Assembly: GCA_964270895.1 (NCBI GenBank)
Contig: OZ185435.1
DNA from: Podarcis filfolensis
Taxonomy: Eukaryota
DNA: 64,000 bases
Direction: 5' to 3' (one strand)
Shown here: positions 1 to 12,608 of the stretch, one piece after another
Layout of the letters: every line of letters begins with the position of its first letter
How positions within the stretch are numbered: position 1 is the first letter of the stretch
Position numbers and translations under genes: made by a program
The notes under the pieces: model-generated
Told to the model about the DNA's origin: nothing
The model's database searches: none
What the model saw: the letters and a program-made list of their open reading frames with translations, nothing else

Positions 1-98
1 GGTTTGACTATGAGTACTCTCACAGAAATGAATGGACCTAACTTAAGTCATGTTAATTAATTTCAATGGGTCTACTCTGAGTAATACATAGGGAGTTC

Positions 99-1050
99 TT
101 TTTAAAGTAGACTTTCAATTACATGCACAATAAAAAGAAAAACTAAATATGCAAAAGACAATGGAAAGAACATAACTTTAATCCCAACATAGGATAGATG
201 TGAGGTCGGGAGTTTACTGAGATGCAACTGAATAGAAGAGAAAGTCCATCTACAAGGAGACGAAGAAAGAAAAGTCTTGGCTGTTGATGTACGTCCAACA
301 TATTGTAATTCAAGATAAAGTTCCAGCAAACAGCACTGAACCACTGTGGTTTCTCTTTCCCTTGTAATAGGCCTATGTTGTGGGTAATTTTTTCTAATAC
401 AGAGGTAGACCCAATATTACTGCACCAAGCTTGAAGAATCAAGTGTTCCAAAGTCATCTATTGCTGAACTCTAGTCTGCCAGGCCGCAATTAATAGAAAT
501 ATTAAAAGGGGTTTACACTGAACATCTTCGGCCCAAGTAACAGTGATAATTAAAACAGTTCAGCTCCAAAAGCAATGAGTTCCTTTACAATCCTGACAAA
601 TTCATTGTGGATCAAGTCCCCAAATTATTGAAAGTTATTTCCTTTAATAGTATATCCTCTCCAGCAGTTAGGGCTACTAGCAGATGTGATATGAGCCAAC
701 CGTGCCAGGGTTCTGTACCAACAGTGGAAGATTTCAGTGACACTTCTAAAAAAAAAAAATGCTGATATGTAGCCAAATGGATTTCTAGACCAGAGTCCAG
801 AACAATCAGAGTCTTGTAATCTTGCCAAATTATTTTCAGGTCTGACAAAGTGCCTATTTGGGTTTTTACTAACGTAACATAAGTCAGTGATACTTTCCTA
901 TTTGTGCCCATCAACAAAAGCATTTGTTCAAATTTCATTGGGACTTAACCAAAGGGTCCTTAAGAAAGTGTCTAAACTGGTGTTTCTGTAACCAACTGAG
1001 TAATTCTTAGTTGAATACCACCCATAATGCTACAGGATAGAAAAATTGCC
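99..1050 (-). mobile_element. Decayed L1-clade LINE, 3' end of ORF2 plus 3' UTR
   Basis: Minus-strand translation across stops and frameshifts gives L1 ORF2 C-terminal motifs in the expected order: WLQKHQFRHFLK, FHCWYRTLARLAHITSASSPNCWRG (zf-RVT-like), and HLILQAWCSNIG..LEKIT..KPQWFSAVCWNFIL. An A-rich end follows near 99-106. Confidence 0.7.
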
Positions 1051-1469
1051 CTTTTTGTCTTTTTGTTGTTGTTGTTCTTCTGCAAATGTGGATTAACCTA
1101 CACTTAGAATATTGGCAGGATTCAACAGAGTAGAGTAGTTGTGTGTGGTGGGCTGTTGTGTGGTGAATATTGTAAACTGCACCTGAGGAGGCTCAGTGAT
1201 GCCTTAAAATGAAGAGCTCCCCTGGGCATGGTGACATCAACGAAGAACTGCACCCCCAAGCCTCATGCTTTGTTGTTGTTGTTTTTTGGGGGGGAGGCAA
1301 GTTTGCCCTCCTCACACCTGCATTTTGGCCAACTGCTAATCTATATTATTTTCACCTGTAATGTGGTTGATGAATGTAGCATTCTCTGTGGTCCAATCAC
1401 ACTCACTGTCTAACTTCCATTTGCTTTAAGAATAAAATTGGATTGTCCCCAAGTCCTTCAGAGGGAATT

Positions 1470-1770
1470 CTTGGCATCCATCTGTCTTGAGAGACAATGG
1501 AGTGAAGTCAAACCACTGTGTTAGCAGCACCAAAGTGACCTTCCACACTAAGCAAGCCTGGACAGTGTCCTGGGCTGCCCCGAAGACAAGACCCCCCTCT
1601 TGGCCTCACTGATGTGGTCCAAAGGAATGCAGAGCAATACGTTTGGCACTAGCTTGGCTGCAGGAGTTGCTGGAAGGAGGCATAAAAGGCGCCACCCATC
1701 TGTCTTAGGGACTCCACTTCTGATTCCTGTAGGGTTTACTCCTTAGCCTTTTCTTCTCCCAGAAAATCGT
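1470..1770 (-). mobile_element. Interspersed non-LTR-type repeat, 3' portion (RTE/Vingi-like short element; family unresolved)
   Basis: A second diverged copy lies at 44205-44404, sharing aaaccactgtgtt(a/g)gcagcaccaaagtgacc and ctcttggcctcactgatgtgg(t/c)ccaaaggaa. Strand and family are from recall of lizard repeats. Confidence 0.55.
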
Positions 1771-1926
1771 GTGCTGCTCTGGTTCACCAGAAGCGGCTTA
1801 GTCATGCTGGCCACATGACCGGAAGCTGTATGCTGGCTCGCTCGGCCAATAAAGCGAGATGAGCGCTGCAACCCCAGAGTCGGTCATGACTGGACCTAAT
1901 GGTCAGGTGTCCCTTTACCTTTACCT
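1771..1926 (+). mobile_element. Sauria SINE, 5'-truncated 3' fragment
   Basis: Aligns with the 3' half of the full copy at 32085-32430 (gtcatgctggccacatgacc...gccaataaagcgagatgag...ggacctaatggtcagg) and ends in ccctttacctttacct. Confidence 0.9.
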
Positions 1927-2446
1927 AGTACCTCTGGTGGGGGACCTGTTGTGTGCCTTCTGGGGTAGTTTGTCCACCTTTGGTCCACACCCTGCACACA
2001 GCTCTCACCTGTGGCTCCTATAAGCTGTCAACATGTGTCAGGAACAGCTTTGACTGGCCAGCTAAACCAGATGAGGATAGCCGATGGGTCTCAAAACATC
2101 GGTGAGTTAGGGACTTCCTCTGCATGCAGAGACAGGTTCCAACAGATTGAGTTGACGAGATCAATAGTGGGTTCAACAGTCAAGAACAGGCTTCCTCAAC
2201 CTCGGCCCTCCAGATGTTTTTGGCCTACAATGTCCATGATCCATAGCTAGCAGGACCAGTGGTCAGGGATGATGGGAATTGTAGTCTCAAAACATCTGGA
2301 GGGCTGAGTTTGAGGAAGCCTGGTCAAGATGGAGGTTTCTGCACATGCTGTAGAGGGAAGTGAAGGGCAGGTGGGGCTTTAGGTAGCCCATCTAGAAGGA
2401 AAACTCTGATCCTAAACCTCCACTACCTTGTGGGATACCTCTGGAA
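1927..2446 (+). mobile_element. Probable upstream part of the same RTE/Vingi-like element, interrupted by a hAT MITE
   Basis: GC-richer repeat-like block. Removing the MITE and one TSD restores ...caacagtcaagatggaggtttctgcacatg.... Its end (gggatacctctggaagaa) resembles the start of the minus-strand piece at 1770. The link to that element is inferred from recalled consensus. Confidence 0.4.
2187..2322. mobile_element. hAT-type MITE (136 bp)
   Basis: TIRs caggcttcctcaacctcggccctccagatgttt / aaacatctggagggctgagtttgaggaagcctg. 8-bp TSD gtcaagaa (2179-2186) / gtcaagat (2323-2330). Same family as 22847-22976. Confidence 0.85.
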
Positions 2447-2766
2447 GAATACAAACATAATAAATGCAAATGTATTAATATGTATATATGAGACACAAAT
2501 GCAATAAAAAAACATTGCCCTCTCCAGAGGCAAATCAGAAACCAGTGAAATTATACTTTTTGCACAGGGAAAGCTTGAATGACCAAGCCAAATAAACAAA
2601 ATGAGAAAGTGAACCGGTCTGATGTAGCTACTGTTGTTCTCCAGATGACCAAGAAGATACCTTATATTTTGTCTGTACAGAAGAACTGCAGTTTACTGCA
2701 AGTCCAGCCTGAGGGCAGAGCTTCAGGCAAAGCATCTTATACTAAGTCAAATCATGTATCCATGTA

Positions 2767-2844
2767 GCCCAGGGTTGTCTACTGTGACTGACAATGTCTC
2801 AGGTGGCCCAGGGTTGTCTACTCTGACCACCAATGTCTCAGGTG
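2767..2844. repeat. 39-bp tandem duplication (2 copies)
   Basis: gcccagggttgtctactgtgactgacaatgtctcaggtg followed by gcccagggttgtctactctgaccaccaatgtctcaggtg. Confidence 0.9.
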
Positions 2845-3681
2845 GGCTTCGTCTTGTTATTTATGATTCCTTTCAACTGGTGATGCCAAGAATAAAACTT
2901 TGGGGCTGCATACATGCACAATATTTGCATCACTAGCCAGCTTTGGATCCACCCCATCAAAAACAGTCCCAATTCAAAGCTAGCATAAACACGTTGTGAC
3001 AATAAACCTCAAATTCACTTGGTAGCAGGATTCAGGTCTTTAGTCTTTTCAGTCTTTGGGTCAAGATGAATTGCCAGGACACAGGCCCAAAAGCACATAC
3101 GTTTACATATGTGAATCTGCATAGGTTAATATATATATGTATGGATTTGAATTTAAGAATAATCACTAGAATTTACGCACCACAGAAAGCAAGCAAACTA
3201 TTTCTTACCCCACTTCACCCCTCATAAATTATCCAGTTAATTTGCACACCACCTCAGATCACCCCAAGTCAGTTATTCAAGCCATTTGACCCATCTGTTG
3301 AAGACCACTGCTCTACTGCAACCTGTTAATAATATCTTCCGATTTATTAAGTGCAACTATTTTCACTTTTGTGCTAACTGATGCCCAAAGATCTTTATGT
3401 GATTATTTTTTATTATCTGGCACACATGGCCTGGTATTTTTGCATTACTAATATATTCAAGGCATCTAGGAAAAAGAAGGGTAAAATCCACCACGTTTCT
3501 TGACCCACTAGGAAAACTACCTCAGCACTGCAGGAAATGTAATTTGTATTGCCAACAGGAAAGTATCATTATGGGAGCTGCAGACACTTTGGAAGGTTGT
3601 GTATGTCTCCTTGCCTTCACTGGTAGCTTTGTATACTAATATATTCTTAATTATAAAATCATTAGTTAAAATTGAGACTAA

Positions 3682-3712
<31 letters not shown>

Positions 3713-3721
3713 CACACACAC
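3682..3721. repeat. (CA)n microsatellite
   Basis: Directly visible, with one interruption. Confidence 0.95.
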
Positions 3722-6566
3722 GTTTAAATAATTTGTATCCCAAAAATATAGCAGAGGAAGGATGATGTTGCCATGTTCATCTTCTGCCTCTGCTTTTTTC
3801 ACATCACTTAGTTGCCTTTTTCTGTAGCTAGATCCTTTTTCATCTCTCTGGAATAAGTGGGCGCACACAGCCATTTTTAAAGATATTATCATTTCTTTTC
3901 ACTTTTCTTTTTAACAAGTACTTGTTGTTTCATTCTGGCAATGATTAATCAATGAACAGAAAGCAGCAGTGAAACCTACAGAACAGAACATTCTCACAGA
4001 AGTGTTGAATGAATATCCATATACTAATTTATATGCCACCCCTTCCTATGTATGTTTACTCGAAAGTATGACTTTAACTGGTTCCAACAAGACTTGCTTC
4101 CAAGGAAGGGTGCCTAGTTAAAAAAAATATGAACATATGTAGATGTCAACTTGAAGTAGGGATTATATGGAGTGTGCAACCCTGAAATCTTCTTGGTCTT
4201 TTTGTGCACCAGATATTGCTATGGAAATGTCATAAAAATCTGTCCCATTAAAACAACCAAGGGATTTTGCAGGAAACCTAGTGGCACCATGTAAGCCAGA
4301 TCATACTGTATCTGCTATGTCACCAGTCCAACACTAGAGGTTTCCAACCCCCCCCCCCCAAAAGAGAATCCATTATCTCTCTTGCATGAAATGGGGGGGA
4401 TTAAGGAGGAGAATGGTGATTTTGTATTTAATCTCTTCAGCCTCTGCTACTTTGGAGTGAGCCACAAAATAGCTAAAATCGCTAATTAAAATTATAATTC
4501 CAATCTGAAGCAATAAAACGAAATCCTGTAATAATAATCTCCCCATAGAGCTTGACAGCTGGCCCGTCTGATCCTTGTAGTCTGCTTACAAAGTGGAATT
4601 AGTGGCACTAATAAAGCTGCTTAATAGTGTGAGTAGAGATCCAAGTAACCTGGCATAGCCAGCTGGGCTTTCAAACATTGTCAATCTACGCAGCAGCTGT
4701 TAAGCCGCCACCACCACTGCTGTCTGTATTATAGGAATCACCAGTATCACCCATTCATTTCAACCTGTGGAAAACATCTTTTCCATCTTCCTTCCTTCTC
4801 AGTATTCTCTTAAAATGTCACAAATACATATAATTGAATCTTATCTAGAGGTGTATTTGAAATTCCATTGAGGAGTATGAATAATAACCATGGAAAAACA
4901 GGGTGAGGAATGAACAAGGAAAGATGCTCCCCAACATGGAGATGTAGGGACAATCATTTTTCAGTCTGATGGATGCTCTTCCTCTCGGGCAACCTTCCAA
5001 GGGCCGCATATCTCTAGCTGACAGGGCCAAGGGCAAAAGTGAGTTGAACAACTGATGTGACTCTTTCCTTTTGTATAGAAAATCAAATTTCTGCCATGCA
5101 AAAGCCAGAGATTTCAACACACACACTCGCCATCCAGACAAGCAAGAGGTATCACCATCGTCCAAAGACACAGTCCCACAAGGCAACAGCACTCAAGGAG
5201 GATGGAGAGCAGGGCTGATAAGAGGCGTGGCCTATGAGAAAGGGGCGTGGCCCCTGGGGAGTCACGAGGGCCAGGTTGAGAGGCCTGGAAGTTCATATTT
5301 GGCCTCCAGTTTCCCACCTCTGTTATAAAGTCACATTCAGCTGATATTATAGCATCAACCTTCACCAATGTGTAATATTCGTTCACAGCATTTATTTCAA
5401 CTCATTTTGCACCAACATATGAAACAAAGTATGTTTCCTTCATAGACTTGATAAGCAGAGCAAAAGTTCCCTCCTTTGTCTGAGTTGTCAAAACTTCCGA
5501 CGTTGATGGGGTCGACCAAAGTCATATTTCACTAGCAGTAGTTTAAGGGCTGAAGTTTCCTATCAGAGCAGAAAGGCAGCTGTTCCTTTACCATGTTTAA
5601 TTTAATTTTTTTTTCATGACTGCAGGATGACACCATAAATATTTAAAATCATTGATAGAGTAGAATGCATTAGAACACAGTGCGGCTGCTGCACAGCTGC
5701 TGCTAAATTATAGATCTCTTATGCAATGAATACATTTTACCTCTGTCTTTTGAAGAATTAAAAAATGATGGACTTGTTCTAAAAAATCCTTTGTCAACTC
5801 CTTGTGGGAGTTCTTTGTATAAACCAAAGCTTCCATATGTCTGAAAGAATTAATTTGTTACGTGTGCTGATAGACAGGTAGGCAGGAGTCTAGAGGATGG
5901 ATCCAGCACAGACCTTCAGATATGTTGAAGGTGTGAGTGCATAATTCTACCCTCCCCACTACAGACATGCTTTGTCAGTTTAAAACTTATTTTCTTGCAG
6001 TAATAAAACTCACACAGATTAAATCTATCTCCATCTGCCAAGCGAAGATACTACACCAGCTAATGAAATCACCTGTTTTAAGTTTGGTGTCCAGGGCTGT
6101 GGGCTGACATGGAAAGTCTCCATTTCCCACTGTGTGTTCATTAGCAATGAAAAAAGTGGCCAAGATTGTTGTCCTTTTTTGTTGTTGTTGTTGTTGTATT
6201 TTACGAGGAATGCTCTGCCACAGTAATTCCCCAGCAGTATGTTGGGAGCCAAAAATGAGTCACTGGAGAATTGTAGGTGGGCTGTCTACTACAGCACACT
6301 GAATTTCCTGGGAAATGTCTTGCCAGGCTTGGCGTCAGTGCCTGACATGGTGCGGCAAATGCTGGGGCTCAGGCACCCCAGCAAGATCGGCTGGGGCAGA
6401 TACCAGCATCTCCTGTGTGTGGATGTGTTTGCTTTCTTAGTTTGTTGAAATGTTCCAGTGCTAAACAGGGAAACTCAGAGGCATTACAGAGCAATAAAGA
6501 TGATGGCAGCTGCGAATGGACTCAGTGATTCTCCTTGCAGCCTCAAACTATGGCTATAGCTCAGAT

Positions 6567-6689
6567 CTTCCCCAGAGTGGCTGAGGAAACCTAGCCAGAT
6601 GGGCGGGGTACAAATAATAAATATTATTATTATTATTATTATTAGTAGTAGTAGTAGTAGTAGTATTACTATTATTATTATTATTATTA
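6567..6689 (+). mobile_element. L2-type 3' terminal fragment with compound (TAT)n/(TAG)n tail
   Basis: cttcccagagtggctgaggaaacctagccagatgggcggggtacaaataataaat resembles the L2 end at 29130-29212 (gtggctggggaaacccagccacatgggcagggtataaataaat). Confidence 0.6.
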
Positions 6690-7045
6690 GATGCAGGTGG
6701 CGCTGTGGTCTAAACCACTGAGCCTAGGGCTTGCCAATCAGAAGGTCAGTGGTTCGAATCCCTGCGACGGGGTGAGCTCCCATTGCTCAGTCCCAGCTCC
6801 TGCCAACCTAGCAGTTTGAAAGCATGTCAAGTGCAAGTAGATAAATAGGTACCGCTCCGGTGGGAAGGTAAAACGGCGTTTCCGTGCGCTACTCTGGTAC
6901 GCCAGAAACAGCTTAGTCATGCTGGCCACATGACCTGGAAGCTATCTTTGGACAAACACCAGCTCCATTGGCCTATAGAGTGAGATTAGTGCACAACCCC
7001 AGAGTTGTCCGCGACTGGACCTTATAGTTAGGGGTACCTTTACCT
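6690..7045 (+). mobile_element. Sauria SINE, near full length
   Basis: tRNA-like head (ggtggcgctgtggtctaaacc A-box-like, ggttcgaatccc B-box), central body shared with the other copies, and a tacctttacct tail followed by (GTT)n. Confidence 0.92.
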
Positions 7046-8275
7046 ATTGTTGTTGTTGTTGTTGCTGCTGCTGTTATTATTATTATTCCTAATGGATGCA
7101 CAGTAGGAAATGGAAACTTTCCATGTCTGCCCACAGCAATGGCCAGCCAAACAACCTGAGGGGGACAGTTCCGGTAGCCTCGGTGGCTAAGAATGCATTT
7201 TAGCAGTTAGGGCTAGTGCATCAACTATGGCCCATTCTGCAGTCTGGCTGCAGTGATTCATGCACATGTAACTTCAAGGCTTGATTACTACAATGCACTC
7301 TGTGTGGGGCTACCCTTTTGCCTGGGTCTGGAATCTCCAGCTGATGCAAAATGCTGTGCCTAGACTGTTGATGGAAACAGAGTATAGTCAGCACATAACT
7401 CTGGTGCTTAAAAGCCATACACTACTGGGATAGATTCAGGGTCCTTGTATAAGTTTACAAGGCCCTGCTTTGAAGGTATGCAAGCAAATGTGGTGCAAAC
7501 ATTCAGCTTCCTGAGTAGTCATCCATTTTGTACCTAAACACATCCAGCTGGCCAATCAGACAAATGGAGTTGGCTGCTAACCCCCCCCCAATGTTGGGGG
7601 AGGCTGGTAAGCAAGGTCCGTAATTGGGAACTACTGTGTAATTTTCAAGGACAGAGAGAGAAGCGGTTTATCCCTTATTAAATGGGTGCAAGTCTTAGAA
7701 ACCCAGATCGTGCCCATATTATGCCGATACACTTTTGTTCTGGATATGGACAATTCATGAACCTCCCTCCCCGCCCCATCTCATCTGGGGTTGCTCACAT
7801 TGCTTTGAGTGGGCATTTTCGGAAGCAAGCTGCCTTACATAAACAGCACTTTCTTTCCCCTTTGCCATCTGCCTAATGGTTGCTTCTGTATGTATTTAAA
7901 ATTCCAATCTGAACCACTCAAACAAAAGAAATTAAATCCAGTGGAAAAAACTGGCAAAGAACTGTTTTGTAGCATGGCAAAGGAGGGGAAAACCATGGTG
8001 TAAGGGGCAGCTGGAGGGTATCAAATCGAATGTGGCAGCTCTCTCTTTTGCTGTTATTGGGAATTGCTTTCAGGAGACTGACAAAATGAAACCTGAACTA
8101 ATAGAGATCCATGTAAATTTAAACCCTTGTCTTCTGAAGCAGTCACTTTAGCATGGGATCAAAAAAAGGTTTGCTTCATCTGCTTTTGATGTCTGTGTGA
8201 AACCACATTTGCTAAACAAATTGTCGTGGACCGGACAACTTCTAGAGTGTGGGTGAATATGGGTGTGGGAGAAAG

Positions 8276-8280
8276 ACACA

Positions 8281-8326
<46 letters not shown>
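8276..8326. repeat. Compound (CA)n(GA)n microsatellite
   Basis: Directly visible. Confidence 0.95.
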
Positions 8327-8329
<3 letters not shown>

Positions 8330-9538
8330 TCTGTTACTCCCAGACATTCAGAACCCAAGAGATTCAGTGGCAAGCATGTTGGGCTTGGCTATGAAAAACA
8401 AATCCAAATCTCCGCCCCACTAAGGAACCGACTAGGTGTCTTTGCCATGCCAGTATCTCTTATTCTAACTTACCTCAGGCATTTAGTACCAATGGAACAA
8501 AAGGGAGGAAATAATTTCCACCTTCTTTTGGGGTGGAAAGCTGAAGAGTACCTGTTAATAGAAATATATCTGTCGTACTGCCAAAGCGTTTTGTGTGCTG
8601 AGGCAGACTATGCAGGTTGTGTATCTATATCCTCATTCCCAAAATTAAATTTAGGACATTGTGAGAGCTTCCACCCTCCCACTATGGACCCCAGGGATCT
8701 TCAGTGCCTCAGGAGTTCCCTTGCCTTCAGAAACCACCTGATAAGCTTTCCACTTGGTTGAGTTTAGAGCTCTTCTCATCCTCAGAGTCCTTCTGAGATT
8801 TGTACAATTAAGCAGTCTTGGTTCCCCATATCATCAGATGCGTAAGTAGCCTTGGCCATCTTCAGTTAACCCTTTCCCGCCTTGACTTGCCACTGGTTTG
8901 GCTAGGCCTGGAAATGCTGCCTTTTCGTTCCTCCCATACTGTGCCCTAAGTCATGGTGGCAGCTCCTTGCTGTTTACTATTTCTGCTGCTCCTTCTATCT
9001 CCTTGCTCCCTCAGTCCTTGGAACCCCTGCCTTAAAATGCCATACTTCTGTCCTCTGGCTGGCCAAGCATTTCTCCTTCACCAATAAGGCCACCCTTTCT
9101 AGCAGCATGAAAAGCTGCAGGTGCCACAGGTCCCTAAAGGATGATGAGCAAGAAACCCAGTTAATGTCATGAAAACCCAAACAAGTGCAGCTGAAAGGCA
9201 CGTGCTGAGAAGAAACTGTGGAATACACTTTAGGAATGAATAATGTCAGATGATGATGTTAGAAAAATGTTGAACCACAGAAGACCAGCAATTTCAGGAA
9301 AAGAATATTTATATTCCTTTTGCCTTTCTTCCAAGAAGAGCTTTTAAAAACCGCTTCATCTTTTCTTTTTCAGTGTGCGTTGTAGTAGAGCTCAGGGTCA
9401 AGCTCAATGCACCTGTGAAATCTCCACACAGGCTTCAAAAATACTCCTGTCTGAAATCCTGGAGTGTAGGCAGCAGGGAATTAAATGGACAAATGGTGTG
9501 ACTCAGGATAAGGCAACTTCCTATGCTCCTAGACCAAG

Positions 9539-9595
<57 letters not shown>
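9539..9595. repeat. (AAT)n microsatellite
   Basis: Directly visible; it produces the poly-Tyr tail of ORF 9521..9877. Confidence 0.95.
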
Positions 9596-10487
9596 TAGCA
9601 CCTCTACCTTCCATACCCTTGAGGTTTTATGGGTAGGTAACCTAAGAGATCTCCTTGCCCAGAAAGTAGCATTTAAATGGTTAATCCTTTTTTTCCAAAA
9701 ATTACATTCAACGCTATCATGAGAAACATGAATCAGTTCCCTTGAGCAACAGCAATTCATAAATCCTTTTCTCTTCCAGCTTTGTTCAAACGGGAACAAA
9801 CACATCAGTGTACCATGGAAAGAACAATCCAACAAGAGGTAACCTTCTCTGCTGAGCACAATAGCTTTAAGTTGCAATAGAAACGTGAGTTGTGCCCCTC
9901 CCCCAGCTTGGGGAAAGAAGAATGGCTATGCATCTAACTGTACTGCATGGGGGTGGGGGTGCCCATTAAATGCCTCGTAAAATAAACAGCGATGACTACA
10001 ACCAAAGGTTTTGTGAGGCTGAAGCAAACAAAAAGTTCAGGCTACTTAAGCTCTGTGTTTGTTACATTGGCTATAAAAACAATTAGCTTTAGATCACCAG
10101 TGCTGCAAAGTTTGACTTCCACATACCTTTATAGTGCTCCCTTGGGTTATCACCCCCTGAAATCAGGGCCCGCATTCAACCAGAGCTGAGCCCATTATTG
10201 ATGGAGCTGCCTCTTGTACAACAAACAATAAGATGCCTAAAGGTTAGGGTGCCACTAAAACCCAACCTCAAAACAAAGTCAAATAGCAAAATGCGTCAGA
10301 GAGTTCATGCAAGGATCCAGGCCCATTTTTCTATTTCAGGGTGTGTTGGATTTTGGCTATGTGTTCCCTTTTGCCCTGGGATTACTCACTATGTTAACCT
10401 CTTGATGGTGGCCATGAAAGGTGGTTTTTGTCCAGGGCACAATCTAGTTGAAGCTCAGCACTATGGGGAAAGGGCAGTAGCTGGCAG

Positions 10488-10630
10488 AGCATATATGCCT
10501 TGCATGCCAAAGTTCCCTCCAGGTGTCTCCAGGTAGGGTTGCGAAAAGCCTTTGCCTGAAAACCCTGGAGAGCCAATGCTAGTGAGCGTCAACAGTGCTG
10601 AATAAGGGGTCTGATGTGGTCTAAGGTGGT
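10488..10630 (+). mobile_element. Diverged Squam3-like tRNA-derived SINE
   Basis: tctccaggtagggttgcgaaaagcctttgcctgaaaaccctgggagagcc matches the body of the copies at 15831 and 35790. Confidence 0.55.
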
Positions 10631-11488
10631 TTCCTGAGTTCTCATTAGTTAAAACAGGAAAGCATGACTCCTGTAGCAGAGAGGCCCAGATCAGGTCCAT
10701 TGGCAGTAAATGGACCAGTTTAGAATCAGGCGGATCCTTGGCCGCCCCAGCTCTGCCCCTTCCTCACTGCAGAGGCACTCTGTTGTGGTGGTTTCTGCTA
10801 GCTACTGCCTGTGGAGATGCCATTAGCAGTACCTTCTGTCTGCCCATTCAGTGGACACAGCAGGGGCCTCTATAGTGCTGGTGCCACACACCCCACCAGC
10901 TCGAGGAGCCTGGCAGAGTTGAGCAGAGCCAGGCAGTGATACCTCAGCCACAACCAAACTCCCGCTAGCACACCAGGTTAGGGATTTGGAATGCTGTGTG
11001 TGTATTTTAACACTCACTTTGAAATCCATCTTTGGTTCCATTTTTCCTATCGTTCTCAACAAATGCCATTCTCTTCAGCAGAAACTGATTATGACCTTAG
11101 CTACTGTGGCAGTTTAGCATCTTTGGGGAATTTGCCTCCTTAAGTGAAACAGTATGTGCAGTTTCCAAACCTACTCTTTCAGGCTTTTGATTTGTTAGAA
11201 ACTAAAGTTATATATAATATGGTATTGTTTTAACAGCATCATATCAAAAACAATGTGGTATATCAAGAAACCCAAGACTGTAGACATTTCTTGGGGGAGG
11301 GGAACCTGGGGGGGGGAGTGCTTTTGACAGGCTGTGAGGAGAATTGACCAGGCACTGCTTTCTTCTCACTGGAACTGCCTGCTTTCTGTATTATCCAGGC
11401 TTTCTTGGATGAAACTGATTTATTTGGATCCTTTCCAATGTGGTTCCCAGCTGGGTTTGAACAGAAACTGCCTTGGTTGCCCTGGAGG

Positions 11489-11902
11489 TAGGGATGGGCA
11501 AATCTGTCAATTCTGGTTTCTTTTGGTTTCTCAGTTTCCCAGTCTTAAGTTCAGGTCTCTGCATTTTCACATCAGTTTGTGATTTATTGTTATTATTTTT
11601 TAAATCCTCATGAAAATTCACCAGCATTTTAATGTGAATTTATCCAAATATACACATTTTAGTATGCAATTTCGCCCAATATGCAAAGCAATTTCCCCAT
11701 ATATATATAATGCACTTATGTATATAATCCTCACTAATATATTCACTTTATCCTAGTATATGCAAGTATGTGCACATTATTTGACTAGAGAACTTCAGAG
11801 AAGTGCAAATTTTGAAGGATGGCTGTGTATTGTTTTGGAAAGTGCAAATGAAGTAGGTTCACTTTTAAATGCAAAATGAAACCAATTTCTTCCCCATCCT
11901 TA
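11489..11902. mobile_element. hAT-type non-autonomous element (TAGGGATGGG-terminal family)
   Basis: Ends tagggatggg / cccatcctta. 8-bp TSD cctggagg (11481-11488) / cctggaga (11903-11910). Related AT-rich fragments occur near 32940-33130 and, inverted, near 46447-46620. Confidence 0.7.
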
Positions 11903-12608
11903 CCTGGAGAATGGCCGTTACCCAGACACATTAGTTGGGGAGGGATAAACAGGGGAAGTGCAACCAAATTAATTCTCCCAGAACTTTCAGTGACTGGAGA
12001 TATGCCCCAATCACTGAGCTTATGAACTCCATAGAAACCCAATTCAGGGGTCCCCAACTTCAGGGTCCTCAGTCTGATGGCCTCAAACCAGGTCATAATG
12101 ATAGGGTCCATGTTCACTTCCCATGCTTCTGCTTCTGGTGCCACTAGACTGATAGATCTTGCCTCCTAGCCTCATGTTTTGCCCCCTCCTTTTCCCCCTG
12201 CTGCATGTTTTAACCGGTTTTGTTATATAGTCAGGAACAGGTTGGCTGCACTGTAGTTTTGGGATATGTAAGCTGCTAGTGAAAAAAACAAACAACCAGT
12301 GTTGTTGTTCCAGTTGGGAGAGAGAAGAAAAACACAGTCTCCTAGTAATTTTGTCTCAAACCTGGGAAGGTGGAGGCACCGATTTGTAAGTCAGTCTGAG
12401 ATGTGGAAATGTCCCACTATTGGCTCCCAGAAAGGGCTGCACTTGTTGCAGTTATCAAATCACCCACCCAAGAGGAAACACAGCACTGAATCACAAACTG
12501 AAGGAAGGAGTTATTTCACTACAAGGATTAAAATGGTTAAAAATCACTGAATGGGTAGATTTCATTGGAATGCCTATCTGTAGTTCACTGCTTGCCATTA
12601 GTTAAGAC

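Noticed and set aside
8249-8761. 170-aa plus-strand ORF
   Set aside because: It runs through a (CA)(GA) microsatellite, the rest shows no recognisable domain, and it starts at a non-ATG codon.
9521-9877. 118-aa ORF with a poly-Tyr tail
   Set aside because: The poly-Tyr is the (AAT)n microsatellite; no domain is recognisable.
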